From: a virus
Length of the DNA: 31,048 nt
Direction: 5' to 3' (one strand)
UHGV virus genome: UHGV-0096129
Made by a program: the position numbers and the translations under genes
Shown: piece by piece, positions 1 through 7,972 of the stretch
How positions within the stretch are numbered: position 1 is the first letter of the stretch
Layout: every line of letters starts with the position of its first letter
The notes under the pieces: model-generated
Databases searched by the model: none
The model's input: the letters and a program-made list of their open reading frames with translations, nothing else
Told to the model about the DNA's origin: nothing

Positions 1-40
1 AAAAGGCTCTGACCTTTCTGAAAAGCCAGAGGGTATGGAA

Positions 41-541
41 ATGACAGTGATGACGCTCAATCTCGTTGAAAAACAGCCAGCAACTATGCGCCGGATAATT
101 GGTAAGCATCTGGCCGTCCCTCGCTGGCAGGAGACATGCGATTATTATAATCAGATGATGGAACGTGAACGGCTAACGGTTTGCTTCCATGCGCAGTTAA
201 AACAGCGTCACGCAACGATGCGTTTTGAAGAAATGAACGACGTCGAACGTGAACGACTGGTATGTGCAATTGATGAATTGCGTGGGGCATTCTCAAAACG
301 CCGTCAGGTTGGCGCAAGTGAGTATGCATATATTAGTTTTTTAACAGTCAGTCAGCGTCGCACTTTATTTATGCACGCACGACTGACAGAAAAAGAATTT
401 AACCAGCCATACTGGCGAATTAATGAAGAATCATGTTACTGGCGTGATGCTTTATTCCGTGCATTACGTGAATTATTCAGTCTGTTTGAGTATGCACCGA
501 CAATTCTGACGTCGGTAAAACCAGAGCAATATCTGCATTAA
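41..541 (+). CDS. B: P2 gpB-like replication protein (putative)
   Basis: ORF 35..541 in the track; the ATG at 41 has a GAGGG ribosome-binding site 9 nt upstream and gives 166 aa, the length I recall for P2 B. Position immediately upstream of the orf80-83-like cluster and gene A matches P2 synteny. No motif recognised in the protein itself. Confidence 0.5.
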   Translation: MTVMTLNLVEKQPATMRRIIGKHLAVPRWQETCDYYNQMMERERLTVCFHAQLKQRHATMRFEEMNDVERERLVCAIDELRGAFSKRRQVGASEYAYISFLTVSQRRTLFMHARLTEKEFNQPYWRINEESCYWRDALFRALRELFSLFEYAPTILTSVKPEQYLH

Positions 542-604
542 GTAATTAACCAGAGTTTTCAACGCACTTAATTGTGCGGGGCTTCTTTTTGCCTGGAGAA
601 AGTC

Positions 605-829
605 ATGCATACAGTTTCTGAAAATCAGTGCGGTATATACGCATTACTGCTGCAACAGGCCAGAACCGAAGCACAGGCCGACGCTGCGACGCGCTTTTCT
701 TCTCATCTTGACGCCATGATTCGCCACATCACAAAGGCGGAGTTATCCCGCGTGGAGATAGTCGAGCTGCTCAGTCAGGAGTCGGAAAAATTTCACAATA
801 TCGGATTGTCTCGCGGGGAGGTGCTTTGA
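605..829 (+). CDS. small hypothetical protein (P2 orf80 position)
   Basis: Track ORF 572..829; internal ATG at 605 is preceded by GGAG 5 nt upstream. Synteny only. Confidence 0.4.
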
Positions 830-1131
830 TGTCCTGTTCTCGTTCAGTTGTATTACTGAATAACGCCTTAAAAATCACCGTTATGAAAAATGGCGATTTA
901 TCTCTTATTCAACCTGGTATTGATAAAGAAAAACGCGAAATAACTGAGTCTGTTATCGCGATTTATCAGAACGAATTAAATCTCCTGTCTGATGTGGTCA
1001 ATTTACTTGTTAAACGCGCTGTATTTCACAAGCAAATCTCCTCCGTGGATGAACTGACGAAATTAACGACAGAAATTGCCAGCTATTGCGCTGATGAATT
1101 TAAAAAACTTAACGACAAAAGGAGCTGGTAA
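829..1131 (+). CDS. small hypothetical protein (P2 orf81 position)
   Basis: Track ORF 826..1131 starts at a TTG; the ATG at 829 overlaps the upstream TGA (TGATG coupling) and has GGGGAGG upstream. Synteny only. Confidence 0.4.
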   Translation: MSCSRSVVLLNNALKITVMKNGDLSLIQPGIDKEKREITESVIAIYQNELNLLSDVVNLLVKRAVFHKQISSVDELTKLTTEIASYCADEFKKLNDKRSW

Positions 1132-1355
1132 TGCCGGACAACGTAGATTTTATTCAGGAACAACAGGCTGAATTACTGGAGCGTCAGATTAACGCGGCAA
1201 GGGTAAAACATTGCGGTGCTTCTGCGCTGGTTTGCGAAGAGTGTGACGCGCCAATACCTGCTGCCCGTCGTGCGGCTTATCCGTCAGCCACGCGTTGTGT
1301 TTCCTGCCAGTCAGTCTTTGAAGCAAAAAACAAACATTACCGGAGAACGGCATGA
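1131..1355 (+). CDS. TraR/DksA-family C4 zinc-finger protein (P2 orf82 position)
   Basis: 74 aa with a CxxC...CxxC arrangement (CEECDAP...RCVSCQ) typical of DksA/TraR zinc fingers; TAATG overlap with the upstream gene. Confidence 0.65.
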   Translation: MPDNVDFIQEQQAELLERQINAARVKHCGASALVCEECDAPIPAARRAAYPSATRCVSCQSVFEAKNKHYRRTA

Positions 1356-1627
1356 GTATTCGTATTGAAATTGGCGAACGTTATGTCGTTACCAGTGACA
1401 GCTTTCAGTTTATTCTCCACGAGAAAAAGAGAGCGGAAAGCGGTAAAAACGCCGGTCAGGAATGGCTGGCGGTGGTTGGTTATTATCCGAAATTAAGCCA
1501 GCTCGTTTCCGGCCTGATGCATCACGATATTCTGACCGGAAGCGCAAAGTCTTTTGCTGATTTAAACGCGCAGGTTGAGCAACTCAGCAGGCGTTGTTCA
1601 GAGGCTTTTGGCTCATATGGCCGTTAA
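1352..1627 (+). CDS. small hypothetical protein (P2 orf83 position)
   Basis: 91-aa ORF, ATGA-overlapped with the upstream gene and overlapping the gene A start by 11 nt. Synteny only. Confidence 0.45.
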   Translation: MSIRIEIGERYVVTSDSFQFILHEKKRAESGKNAGQEWLAVVGYYPKLSQLVSGLMHHDILTGSAKSFADLNAQVEQLSRRCSEAFGSYGR

Positions 1628-3902
1628 AGCCTCCGGGCGTTTTGTCCCTCCGTCAGCATTTGCTGCAGGCACCGGTAAGGCGTTTACCGGTGCTTATGCA
1701 TGGAACGCGCCACGCGAGGCCGTCGGGCGCGAAAGACCCCTTACACGTGACGAGATGCGTCAGGTGCAAGGTGTTTTATCCACGATTAACCGCCTGCCTT
1801 ACTTTTTGCGCTCGCTGTTTACTTCACGCTATGACTACATCCGGCGCAATAAAAGCCCGGTGCACGGGTTTTATTTCCTCACATCCACTTTTCAGCGTCG
1901 TTTATGGCCGCGCATTGAGCGTGTGAATCAGCGCCATGAAATGAACACCGACGCATCGTTACTGTTTCTGGCAGAGCGTGACCACTATGCGCGCCTGCCG
2001 GGAATGAATGACAAGGAGCTGAAAAAGTTTGCCGCCCGTATCTCATCGCAGCTTTTCATGATGTATGAGGAACTCAGCGATGCCTGGGTGGATGCGCATG
2101 GCGAAAAAGAATCACTGTTTACGGATGAGGCTCAGGCTCACCTGTATGGTCATGTTGCTGGCGCTGCACGTGCTTTCAATATTTCCCCGCTCTACTGGAA
2201 AAAATACCGTAAAGGACAGATAACCACGAGGCAGGCATATTCTGCCATTGCCCGCCTGTTTAACGATGAGTGGTGGACTCATCAGCTTAAAGGCCAGCGT
2301 ATGCGCTGGCATGAGGCGTTACTGATTGCTGTCGGGGAGGTCAATAAAGACCGTTCTCCTTATGCCAGTAAACATGCCATTCGTGATGTGCGTGCGCGCC
2401 GCCAGGCAAATCTGGAATTTCTTAAATCGTGTGACCTTGAAAACAGGGAAACCGGCGAGCGCATCGACCTTATCAGTAAGGTGATGGGCAGTATTTCTAA
2501 TCCTGAAATTCGCCGGATGGAGCTGATGAACACCATTGCCGGTATTGAACGTTACGCCGCCGCAGAGGGTGATGTGGGGATGTTTATCACGCTGACCGCG
2601 CCGTCAAAGTATCACCCGACACGTCAGGTCGGAAAAGGCGAAAGTAAAACCGTTCAGCTTAATCACGGCTGGAACGATGAGGCATTTAATCCAAAGGATG
2701 CGCAGCGTTATCTCTGCCGTATCTGGAGCCTGATGCGTACGGCATTCAAGGATAATGATTTACAGGTCTACGGTTTGCGTGTCGTCGAGCCACACCACGA
2801 CGGAACGCCGCACTGGCATATGATGCTTTTTTGTAATCCACGCCAGCGTAACCAGATTATCGAAATCATGCGTCGCTATGCGCTCAAAGAGGATGGCGAC
2901 GAAAGAGGAGCCGCGCGAAACCGTTTTCAGGCAAAGCACCTTAACCGGGGCGGTGCTGCGGGATATATCGCGAAATACATTTCAAAAAATATCGACGGCT
3001 ATGCACTGGATGGTCAGCTCGATAACGATACCGGTAAGCCGCTTAAAGATACTGCCGCGGCTGTTACCGCATGGGCGTCAACGTGGCGCATCCCGCAATT
3101 TAAAACGGTTGGACTGCCGACAATGGGGGCTTACCGTGAACTACGCAAATTGCCTCGCGGCGTCAGTATTGCTGATGAGTTTGACGAACGCGTCGAGGCT
3201 GCTCGCGCTGCCGCAGACAGTGGTGATTTTGCGTTGTATATCAGCGCGCAGGGTGGGGCAAATGTCCCGCGCGATTGTCAGACTGTCAGGGTTGCCCGTA
3301 GCCCGTCGGATGACGTTAACGAGTACGAGGAAGAAGTCGAGAGAGTGGTCGGCATTTACGCGCCGCATCTCGGCGCGCGTCATATTCATATCACCAGAAC
3401 GACGGACTGGCGCATTGTGCCGAAAGTTCCGCTCGTTGAGCCTTTGACTTTAAAAAGCGGCATCGCCGCGCCTCGGAGTCCTGTCAATAACTGTGGAAAG
3501 CTCACCGGTGGTGATACTTCGTTACCGGCTCCCACACCTTCTGAGCACGCCGCAGCAGTGCTTAATCTGGTTGATGACGGTGTTATTGAATGGAATGAAC
3601 CGGAGGTCGTGAGGGCGCTCAGGGGAGCATTAAAACACGGCCTGAAAACACCAAATCGTCAACAAAGAAACGGAAGCCCGTTAAAAACACATGAAATTGC
3701 ACCGTCGGCCAGACTGACCCGGTCGGAACGAATGCAAATCACCCGTATCCGCGTTGACCTTGCTCAGAACGGTATCAGGCCTCAGCGATGGGAGCTTGAG
3801 GCGCTGGCGCGTGGAGCGACCGTAAATTATGACGGGAAAAAATTCACGTATCCGGTCGCTGATGAGTGGCCGGGATTCTCAACAGTAATGGAGTGGACAT
3901 AA
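1617..3902 (+). CDS. A: rolling-circle replication initiation endonuclease gpA (HUH family)
   Basis: Long ORF (track start 1575); start at ATG 1617 (MAVKASGRF...) gives 761 aa, the length I recall for P2 gpA. Contains an HUH-type motif (TPHWHMMLF) and the paired-tyrosine active-site motif YIAKYISK characteristic of phiX174/P2 A-type initiators. Confidence 0.9.
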   Translation: MAVKASGRFVPPSAFAAGTGKAFTGAYAWNAPREAVGRERPLTRDEMRQVQGVLSTINRLPYFLRSLFTSRYDYIRRNKSPVHGFYFLTSTFQRRLWPRIERVNQRHEMNTDASLLFLAERDHYARLPGMNDKELKKFAARISSQLFMMYEELSDAWVDAHGEKESLFTDEAQAHLYGHVAGAARAFNISPLYWKKYRKGQITTRQAYSAIARLFNDEWWTHQLKGQRMRWHEALLIAVGEVNKDRSPYASKHAIRDVRARRQANLEFLKSCDLENRETGERIDLISKVMGSISNPEIRRMELMNTIAGIERYAAAEGDVGMFITLTAPSKYHPTRQVGKGESKTVQLNHGWNDEAFNPKDAQRYLCRIWSLMRTAFKDNDLQVYGLRVVEPHHDGTPHWHMMLFCNPRQRNQIIEIMRRYALKEDGDERGAARNRFQAKHLNRGGAAGYIAKYISKNIDGYALDGQLDNDTGKPLKDTAAAVTAWASTWRIPQFKTVGLPTMGAYRELRKLPRGVSIADEFDERVEAARAAADSGDFALYISAQGGANVPRDCQTVRVARSPSDDVNEYEEEVERVVGIYAPHLGARHIHITRTTDWRIVPKVPLVEPLTLKSGIAAPRSPVNNCGKLTGGDTSLPAPTPSEHAAAVLNLVDDGVIEWNEPEVVRALRGALKHGLKTPNRQQRNGSPLKTHEIAPSARLTRSERMQITRIRVDLAQNGIRPQRWELEALARGATVNYDGKKFTYPVADEWPGFSTVMEWT
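3468..3487 (+). other. candidate replication origin / gpA nick region inside gene A
   Basis: Sequence GCGCCTCGGAGTCCTGTCAA lies in the 3' part of gene A, where P2 ori is located; from memory it resembles the P2/186 gpA cleavage region. Exact identity not verifiable here. Confidence 0.3.
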
Positions 3903-4354
3903 TGGCAAAAATTCACGAGGTAAAGCTGCACGCAAAATATTTTGACCTTGTGCTGGAAGGAAAGAAACGCGCAGAGTTTCGGAAAAATGACCGTAATTAT
4001 GAGCGCGGGGACACGTTGATTTTGCATGAATGGGTGCAGGGTGTGTATACGGGGCGAAAGGTTGAAGCCCAGATAACAGATGTTACTGACCTGTCAGACT
4101 GGCTGGAAGATTATGTCTTGCTAAGTATTGAGCGGCTTAATACAGGCGCATGTGAGATTGTGAACTGGAAAGAACTTAGTGAGCGTGGTCTGGTATTCAG
4201 AATTAATCATGAAATTATGCATCAGCTCGGCCTTGCTGTTATGTATGAACCAGAGACGGGGATGTCTGGCGGGGCAATGGTTGCCACGGATGGAGCATGG
4301 AACTATTCAGATGAACAGATTGAGCGTGCACAGCAAAACGGGTGGCTTGGATAA
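3902..4354 (+). CDS. DUF3850 / ASCH-like (PUA-fold) domain protein
   Basis: TAATG overlap with the gene A stop; N-terminal ~80 aa (KIHEVKLHAKYFDLVLEGKKRAEFRKNDRNYERGDTLILHEW...YTGR) matches the DUF3850 signature as I recall it (HELK..YF......K.FE.RKNDR....GD.L.L.E....YTGR). C-terminal ~70 aa unrecognised. Occupies the P2 orf91 position but is longer. Confidence 0.6.
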   Translation: MAKIHEVKLHAKYFDLVLEGKKRAEFRKNDRNYERGDTLILHEWVQGVYTGRKVEAQITDVTDLSDWLEDYVLLSIERLNTGACEIVNWKELSERGLVFRINHEIMHQLGLAVMYEPETGMSGGAMVATDGAWNYSDEQIERAQQNGWLG

Positions 4355-4560
4355 TGCACAGAATACCAGGTGAGATACCGCACCATAAAACTAAAAATAT
4401 CAAGCTGATGGCTATTGTTCAGCGTTTGCAGCAGATTATGGTCAACGAAAATCTGACGCCCGATGAGCTGGTCGGGTGTGCCGAAATAGTCCGGGATAAT
4501 TACGGGCGGTTTAACCATATCGGTCAATCCAGAGTTATGCCACCACCACGCAGACGATAG
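4354..4560 (+). CDS. small hypothetical protein (68 aa), translationally coupled
   Basis: ATG at 4354 overlaps the upstream TAA (TAATG); track ORF 4342..4560. Basic C-terminus (PPPRRR). No recognisable motif. Confidence 0.35.
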   Translation: MHRIPGEIPHHKTKNIKLMAIVQRLQQIMVNENLTPDELVGCAEIVRDNYGRFNHIGQSRVMPPPRRR

Positions 4561-4684
4561 AGAACGCCGCCAGTCGTGAAACTTGTTTTCAGGGCTGGCG
4601 GGGTTGAACAACGAGCGAAGCGAGGCGTTAGTTGACAGTAATATTTTTACTGCGTTGGTGCTGTTTTTTGACGGTTGAAAGGAG

Positions 4685-4701
4685 TTAGCTCGGAGAGCTA
4701 A
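4685..4701. promoter_or_regulatory. perfect 7-bp inverted repeat (TTAGCTC gga GAGCTAA), candidate operator upstream of the cargo module
   Basis: Palindrome seen directly about 90 nt upstream of the 4790 start codon, in an AT-rich leader. Confidence 0.25.
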
Positions 4702-4789
4702 AGCTAACAACTTACAAATATTCAAAAGTAAGCTTCCTGTTGCTAACATAAGGTCGATTTTTTATGTGGATGATGCAAAAAGGATAGCT

Positions 4790-5521
4790 ATGGATACTGT
4801 AATCGCTTTTCTATCACTCGCTTTTTTCGTTGCTTTTTTCATCGGATTAATCAAACCATCACTGGTGCGGATGCCAAACCGTAAAAGTGCAAGTGCGGTT
4901 TATCTCGGAGGAGGTTTTGTATTGAGCATAATTGGTTCAATACTCTATCCAACAGAAAAAAGCCAGCCAGTTGCTAAAACTGAAACATCAACCGTTGCAG
5001 AACACCAAGTCCAAAAAAAATTCGAATATGGTGGAAAAACACTCAAGGAATATCGGAACGAGCCAAAGAAAACTCGACACGATATTGTGAATAGTTACAT
5101 TGATTTTAAGGAAGTGCCAGTCACCGCATCAGATGCATTTTATGCCTGCATGAGTGAATATACTTTTACCAAAGATGATGAGTTGAAACTCGGTGATGTT
5201 CTTGGATGGTGCTTTAATGATTATGAAAAAGATCCGAAATCACTAAACAATAAAATCAACCTTGATACATTTCAGAGTAATTTTAGCGGTTGGGATGGTT
5301 CTTATCGACCATTGGAAAAGCTAATTAAAGAGAATATGAACGATGATTCATCTTATAAACATGTGTCAACAGTGTATCATTTGGTTTTGAATAAAGATCC
5401 GCACGCCATTGTGAAAACAACATTTCGCGGAACTAATGCTTATGGCGGAGTGGTGAAACAGACCGTTGCGGCGCGCGTCAATGTTCGAACTGGTGAGGTA
5501 ACTTCAATAATTGATAACTAA
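4790..5521 (+). CDS. hypothetical membrane protein (two N-terminal hydrophobic helices plus ~190-aa soluble domain)
   Basis: Track ORF 4766..5521 begins at GTG; the ATG at 4790 has AAGGA 8 nt upstream. Hydrophobic segments VIAFLSLAFFVAFFIGLI and AVYLGGGFVLSIIGSILY. AT-rich, unlike the phage backbone. No known domain recognised. Confidence 0.6.
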   Translation: MDTVIAFLSLAFFVAFFIGLIKPSLVRMPNRKSASAVYLGGGFVLSIIGSILYPTEKSQPVAKTETSTVAEHQVQKKFEYGGKTLKEYRNEPKKTRHDIVNSYIDFKEVPVTASDAFYACMSEYTFTKDDELKLGDVLGWCFNDYEKDPKSLNNKINLDTFQSNFSGWDGSYRPLEKLIKENMNDDSSYKHVSTVYHLVLNKDPHAIVKTTFRGTNAYGGVVKQTVAARVNVRTGEVTSIIDN

Positions 5522-5548
5522 AGTGAAGGGCTAGGCCATGTTATGTTT

Positions 5549-5569
5549 AAGCCATAATATGGCTTTTTT
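5549..5569 (+). terminator. weak hairpin plus T-run between the two forward cargo genes
   Basis: AAGCCA-taata-TGGCTT followed by TTTT; short AT-rich stem, so at best a partial terminator or attenuator. Confidence 0.2.
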
Positions 5570-5603
5570 ATGATTTGGGTAAATTGATAAGGAGTCGATT
5601 TAA

Positions 5604-6200
5604 ATGAATTCAAAAAAAAGGAATAAATACCTCAAGTTAATGTTTGAGTGTAGAAAAAGAATTGAAACGCTACATGATTTAGCATCCGGACATACAGGAG
5701 GACTTTATCTTCAAGTTTTAATAGAAATAGAAGCGTTACAACTCAGAAAGTTATTGGAGCTTATCGCATTTTCATCGTTAATTTCATATGAGGAATCCTA
5801 TAAGACTGTTGCGAAGAGTATTGATGGTGTATGGAAAGCCAAGCGTATTATAAGTGAGTTAGAAAAAATAAATCCAAATTTTTACCCGTTACCTGTATCA
5901 TCATTTACCAATGACGGGTGGAAGAAATTGAAAGGTGGATATTTAACAAAAAAACAATTTATTGCACTGTATGATGAATGTTCAACTCATATTCATGTTA
6001 GAAACCCATACAGGATAAGCGAAAACTCGCTGGCTTTTCATAGAAAAGTACCTTCATACTTAGAGAGAATTGAATGTTTATTATCTAAACATATTGTTTC
6101 ACTTGTAGATGATAGGGAGTTTCTTTTTGTAGAGGTACCTCATTTTGAAGATTCGGCTACCCCTCTAAGAATTAGATGTTTAATTAAAAATAGAGGGTAA
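5604..6200 (+). CDS. hypothetical protein (198 aa), second gene of the forward cargo module
   Basis: ATG with AAGGAG 9 nt upstream; AT-rich; no recognisable catalytic motif (no Walker A, no obvious nuclease signature). Confidence 0.65.
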   Translation: MNSKKRNKYLKLMFECRKRIETLHDLASGHTGGLYLQVLIEIEALQLRKLLELIAFSSLISYEESYKTVAKSIDGVWKAKRIISELEKINPNFYPLPVSSFTNDGWKKLKGGYLTKKQFIALYDECSTHIHVRNPYRISENSLAFHRKVPSYLERIECLLSKHIVSLVDDREFLFVEVPHFEDSATPLRIRCLIKNRG

Positions 6201-6446
6201 ATTTTTATTATCCCTTAATGATAACTTACATTAGTTATGATAAAAGTTTGATAACGTCAGTAGTGCTGGAGCTGTCCTTCAGCACTGATGGAGTTGAACA
6301 ATGAGCACTTCTGGACGTTATATTAATACTGATATAGTTAGTGGTTTTATTCTAAATTATTAGCGTAGCGCCGAAACTCACTATTTACAATGGTGGGGTA
6401 ACGCTGAAAGAACCGGAGCGTAGATATCTTTTTTTACTGAAAAATT

Positions 6447-6468
6447 GTGGTCAATATTGCTTGACCAC
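6447..6468. repeat. 8-bp inverted repeat (GTGGTCAA tattgc TTGACCAC) in the convergent intergenic spacer
   Basis: Seen directly; on the minus strand the hairpin is followed by AATTTTT, so it could be a terminator for the FRG-domain gene or a protein-binding palindrome. Confidence 0.3.
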
Positions 6469-6616
6469 TATACAGCGTCAGTTCAAACTACAATTAATAA
6501 AGTTAAGGTTCATAGCCTTTTTGAAGGGTACGTATCCAAGAGGCCTGTGCTCACTATGTGGTAAAGAGTCAAAATATCGTTATGTCTGATTCTTACGCAC
6601 AATTGTAATATTTCTT

Positions 6617-7972
6617 TTAAATGTCAGACATATATTTCTTTGCGATTTCAGAAGCTGTCTTTTCTATACTTGGATAAACAGTGCTCTCAGTAATGTTCAA
6701 TTGTGCAAGTTCTTTCAAGATTATTTTTTTATTAACTATGTCAACTCTGTCAAGAGGAAAGTCTTCTGTTGTCTCTGGGAGTACTGCCTCGTGACCAAAT
6801 AATAGAAATGCGCCAGACTGTGATTGAATGCGTTCATTATTTATTCTGGCGCGGATGAATAGTATTTTCCGAAGATCATGCAGGTCTATATTTTTTTTAA
6901 AATATGGTTTTTCAGCTTGAATATGATCTAAAAGTTTATTGAGTAGTTCTTTTGCGTGAGATTTGTCGTTTTCAATTAAGCTTTTTGATATAGTGCTTAA
7001 GATATTGTGTGGCATAAATGCCAGATTGGCTATACAGCTAACAGTATCAGAGTCAAAATATTTGATATTTTTTCTTTCTGTAGGAAACGAGATGACTTGT
7101 CCGGTGTCTTCAGGATCTTCACAGCATGCAAAATATAAAGCAATTAGCGGGTTGGATGTAATATCTAGCAATCTTGTAGGTAAACCATAATGCTGCATTC
7201 TAACTAATTTATCGATCGTAAAATTATCAGATATAAATTCATTAGGCCTTGCTGACAGAATTTCACGAACCATAGATGATTCTGAATCAAGGTGCTTATG
7301 AGTCCCGTTATCATGTTTCCGGAAAAGAGATGGGATAAGTTCATATTTATTTCGTGAATGTCCTCTATAAAAAATTTCAGAGTTTGAATTGTTGGATTTT
7401 TCTATAAAACTGATATATTCCTTTAAGCTCTTTATTTTTCTTATTTTTGATGTTCTTTTGATGTTTCCAATTTTGGAGGTGTTAGAGAGAATTTTTTCAG
7501 TTGTATCGTTTTTGGTTTTATTTAGCTCAAGTTTTAGCAGTGTTTCTCTTAATTTTTTATCTTTAACTGCCCAGTGGGTTCTGCTAAGACCATAAGCACC
7601 TAAGTCTAATATTTCTTTATATTGTTTTATTTCGGGGTTCTTGATTTCGCCAAAATCATGAACGATTTCAAAGTGATAACAAACATCATCATTGTCTATG
7701 TGTAAGTTGCCGACTTTTCCAAGTCTTACTCTTAAATATCTATTTTTGTCACCGTCTTTATCGTATATTTCAGTCATGAAAAGAACAGGTAGCTTAGATA
7801 GAGCGTCTAAAGTTATAGGGCTTACTGGTGTTAATTTTTTATAAAGTAAGGATGGTGTACCTTCTAGCATTCGGGAAAGAGAGAAACTATCTTCCCCATT
7901 TTTAATATTAGGATCCATAGATGGCCATCTATCAAACACAGAGGGCTCACCCCCGATAATGAGATTAAACAT
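6617..7972 (-). CDS. FRG-domain protein with uncharacterised ~190-aa N-terminal domain
   Basis: 451-aa ORF with AAGGAG 5-6 nt upstream of the ATG. C-terminal half carries motifs I recognise as the FRG domain (IFYRGHSRNKYELIPSLFR ... MQHYGLPTRLLDITSNPLIALYFAC ... SQSGAFLLFG). N-terminal domain and lysine-rich linker unrecognised. Strongly AT-rich. Confidence 0.7.
   Translation of the reverse strand: MFNLIIGGEPSVFDRWPSMDPNIKNGEDSFSLSRMLEGTPSLLYKKLTPVSPITLDALSKLPVLFMTEIYDKDGDKNRYLRVRLGKVGNLHIDNDDVCYHFEIVHDFGEIKNPEIKQYKEILDLGAYGLSRTHWAVKDKKLRETLLKLELNKTKNDTTEKILSNTSKIGNIKRTSKIRKIKSLKEYISFIEKSNNSNSEIFYRGHSRNKYELIPSLFRKHDNGTHKHLDSESSMVREILSARPNEFISDNFTIDKLVRMQHYGLPTRLLDITSNPLIALYFACCEDPEDTGQVISFPTERKNIKYFDSDTVSCIANLAFMPHNILSTISKSLIENDKSHAKELLNKLLDHIQAEKPYFKKNIDLHDLRKILFIRARINNERIQSQSGAFLLFGHEAVLPETTEDFPLDRVDIVNKKIILKELAQLNITESTVYPSIEKTASEIAKKYMSDI

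Noticed and set aside
2878-3447. 189-aa plus-strand ORF in an alternative frame inside gene A, plus minus-strand ORFs 2112..2312 and 3141..3389
   Set aside because: Embedded in the conserved gpA coding frame; Arg/Ser-rich low-complexity translation typical of out-of-frame reading.
4592-4617. Similar motif GG.GTTGAACAA.GAGC at ~4600 and ~6290, roughly flanking the forward two-gene module, as possible insertion-site direct repeats
   Set aside because: Only about 15 of 18 matching positions; matches of this length and quality are expected many times by chance in a 31-kb window, so not evidence of a mobile-element boundary on its own.
4303-4749. 148-aa minus-strand ORF overlapping the small coupled ORF and the leader of the cargo module
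   Set aside because: No convincing start context; overlaps the better-supported TAATG-coupled plus-strand ORF and the regulatory leader.
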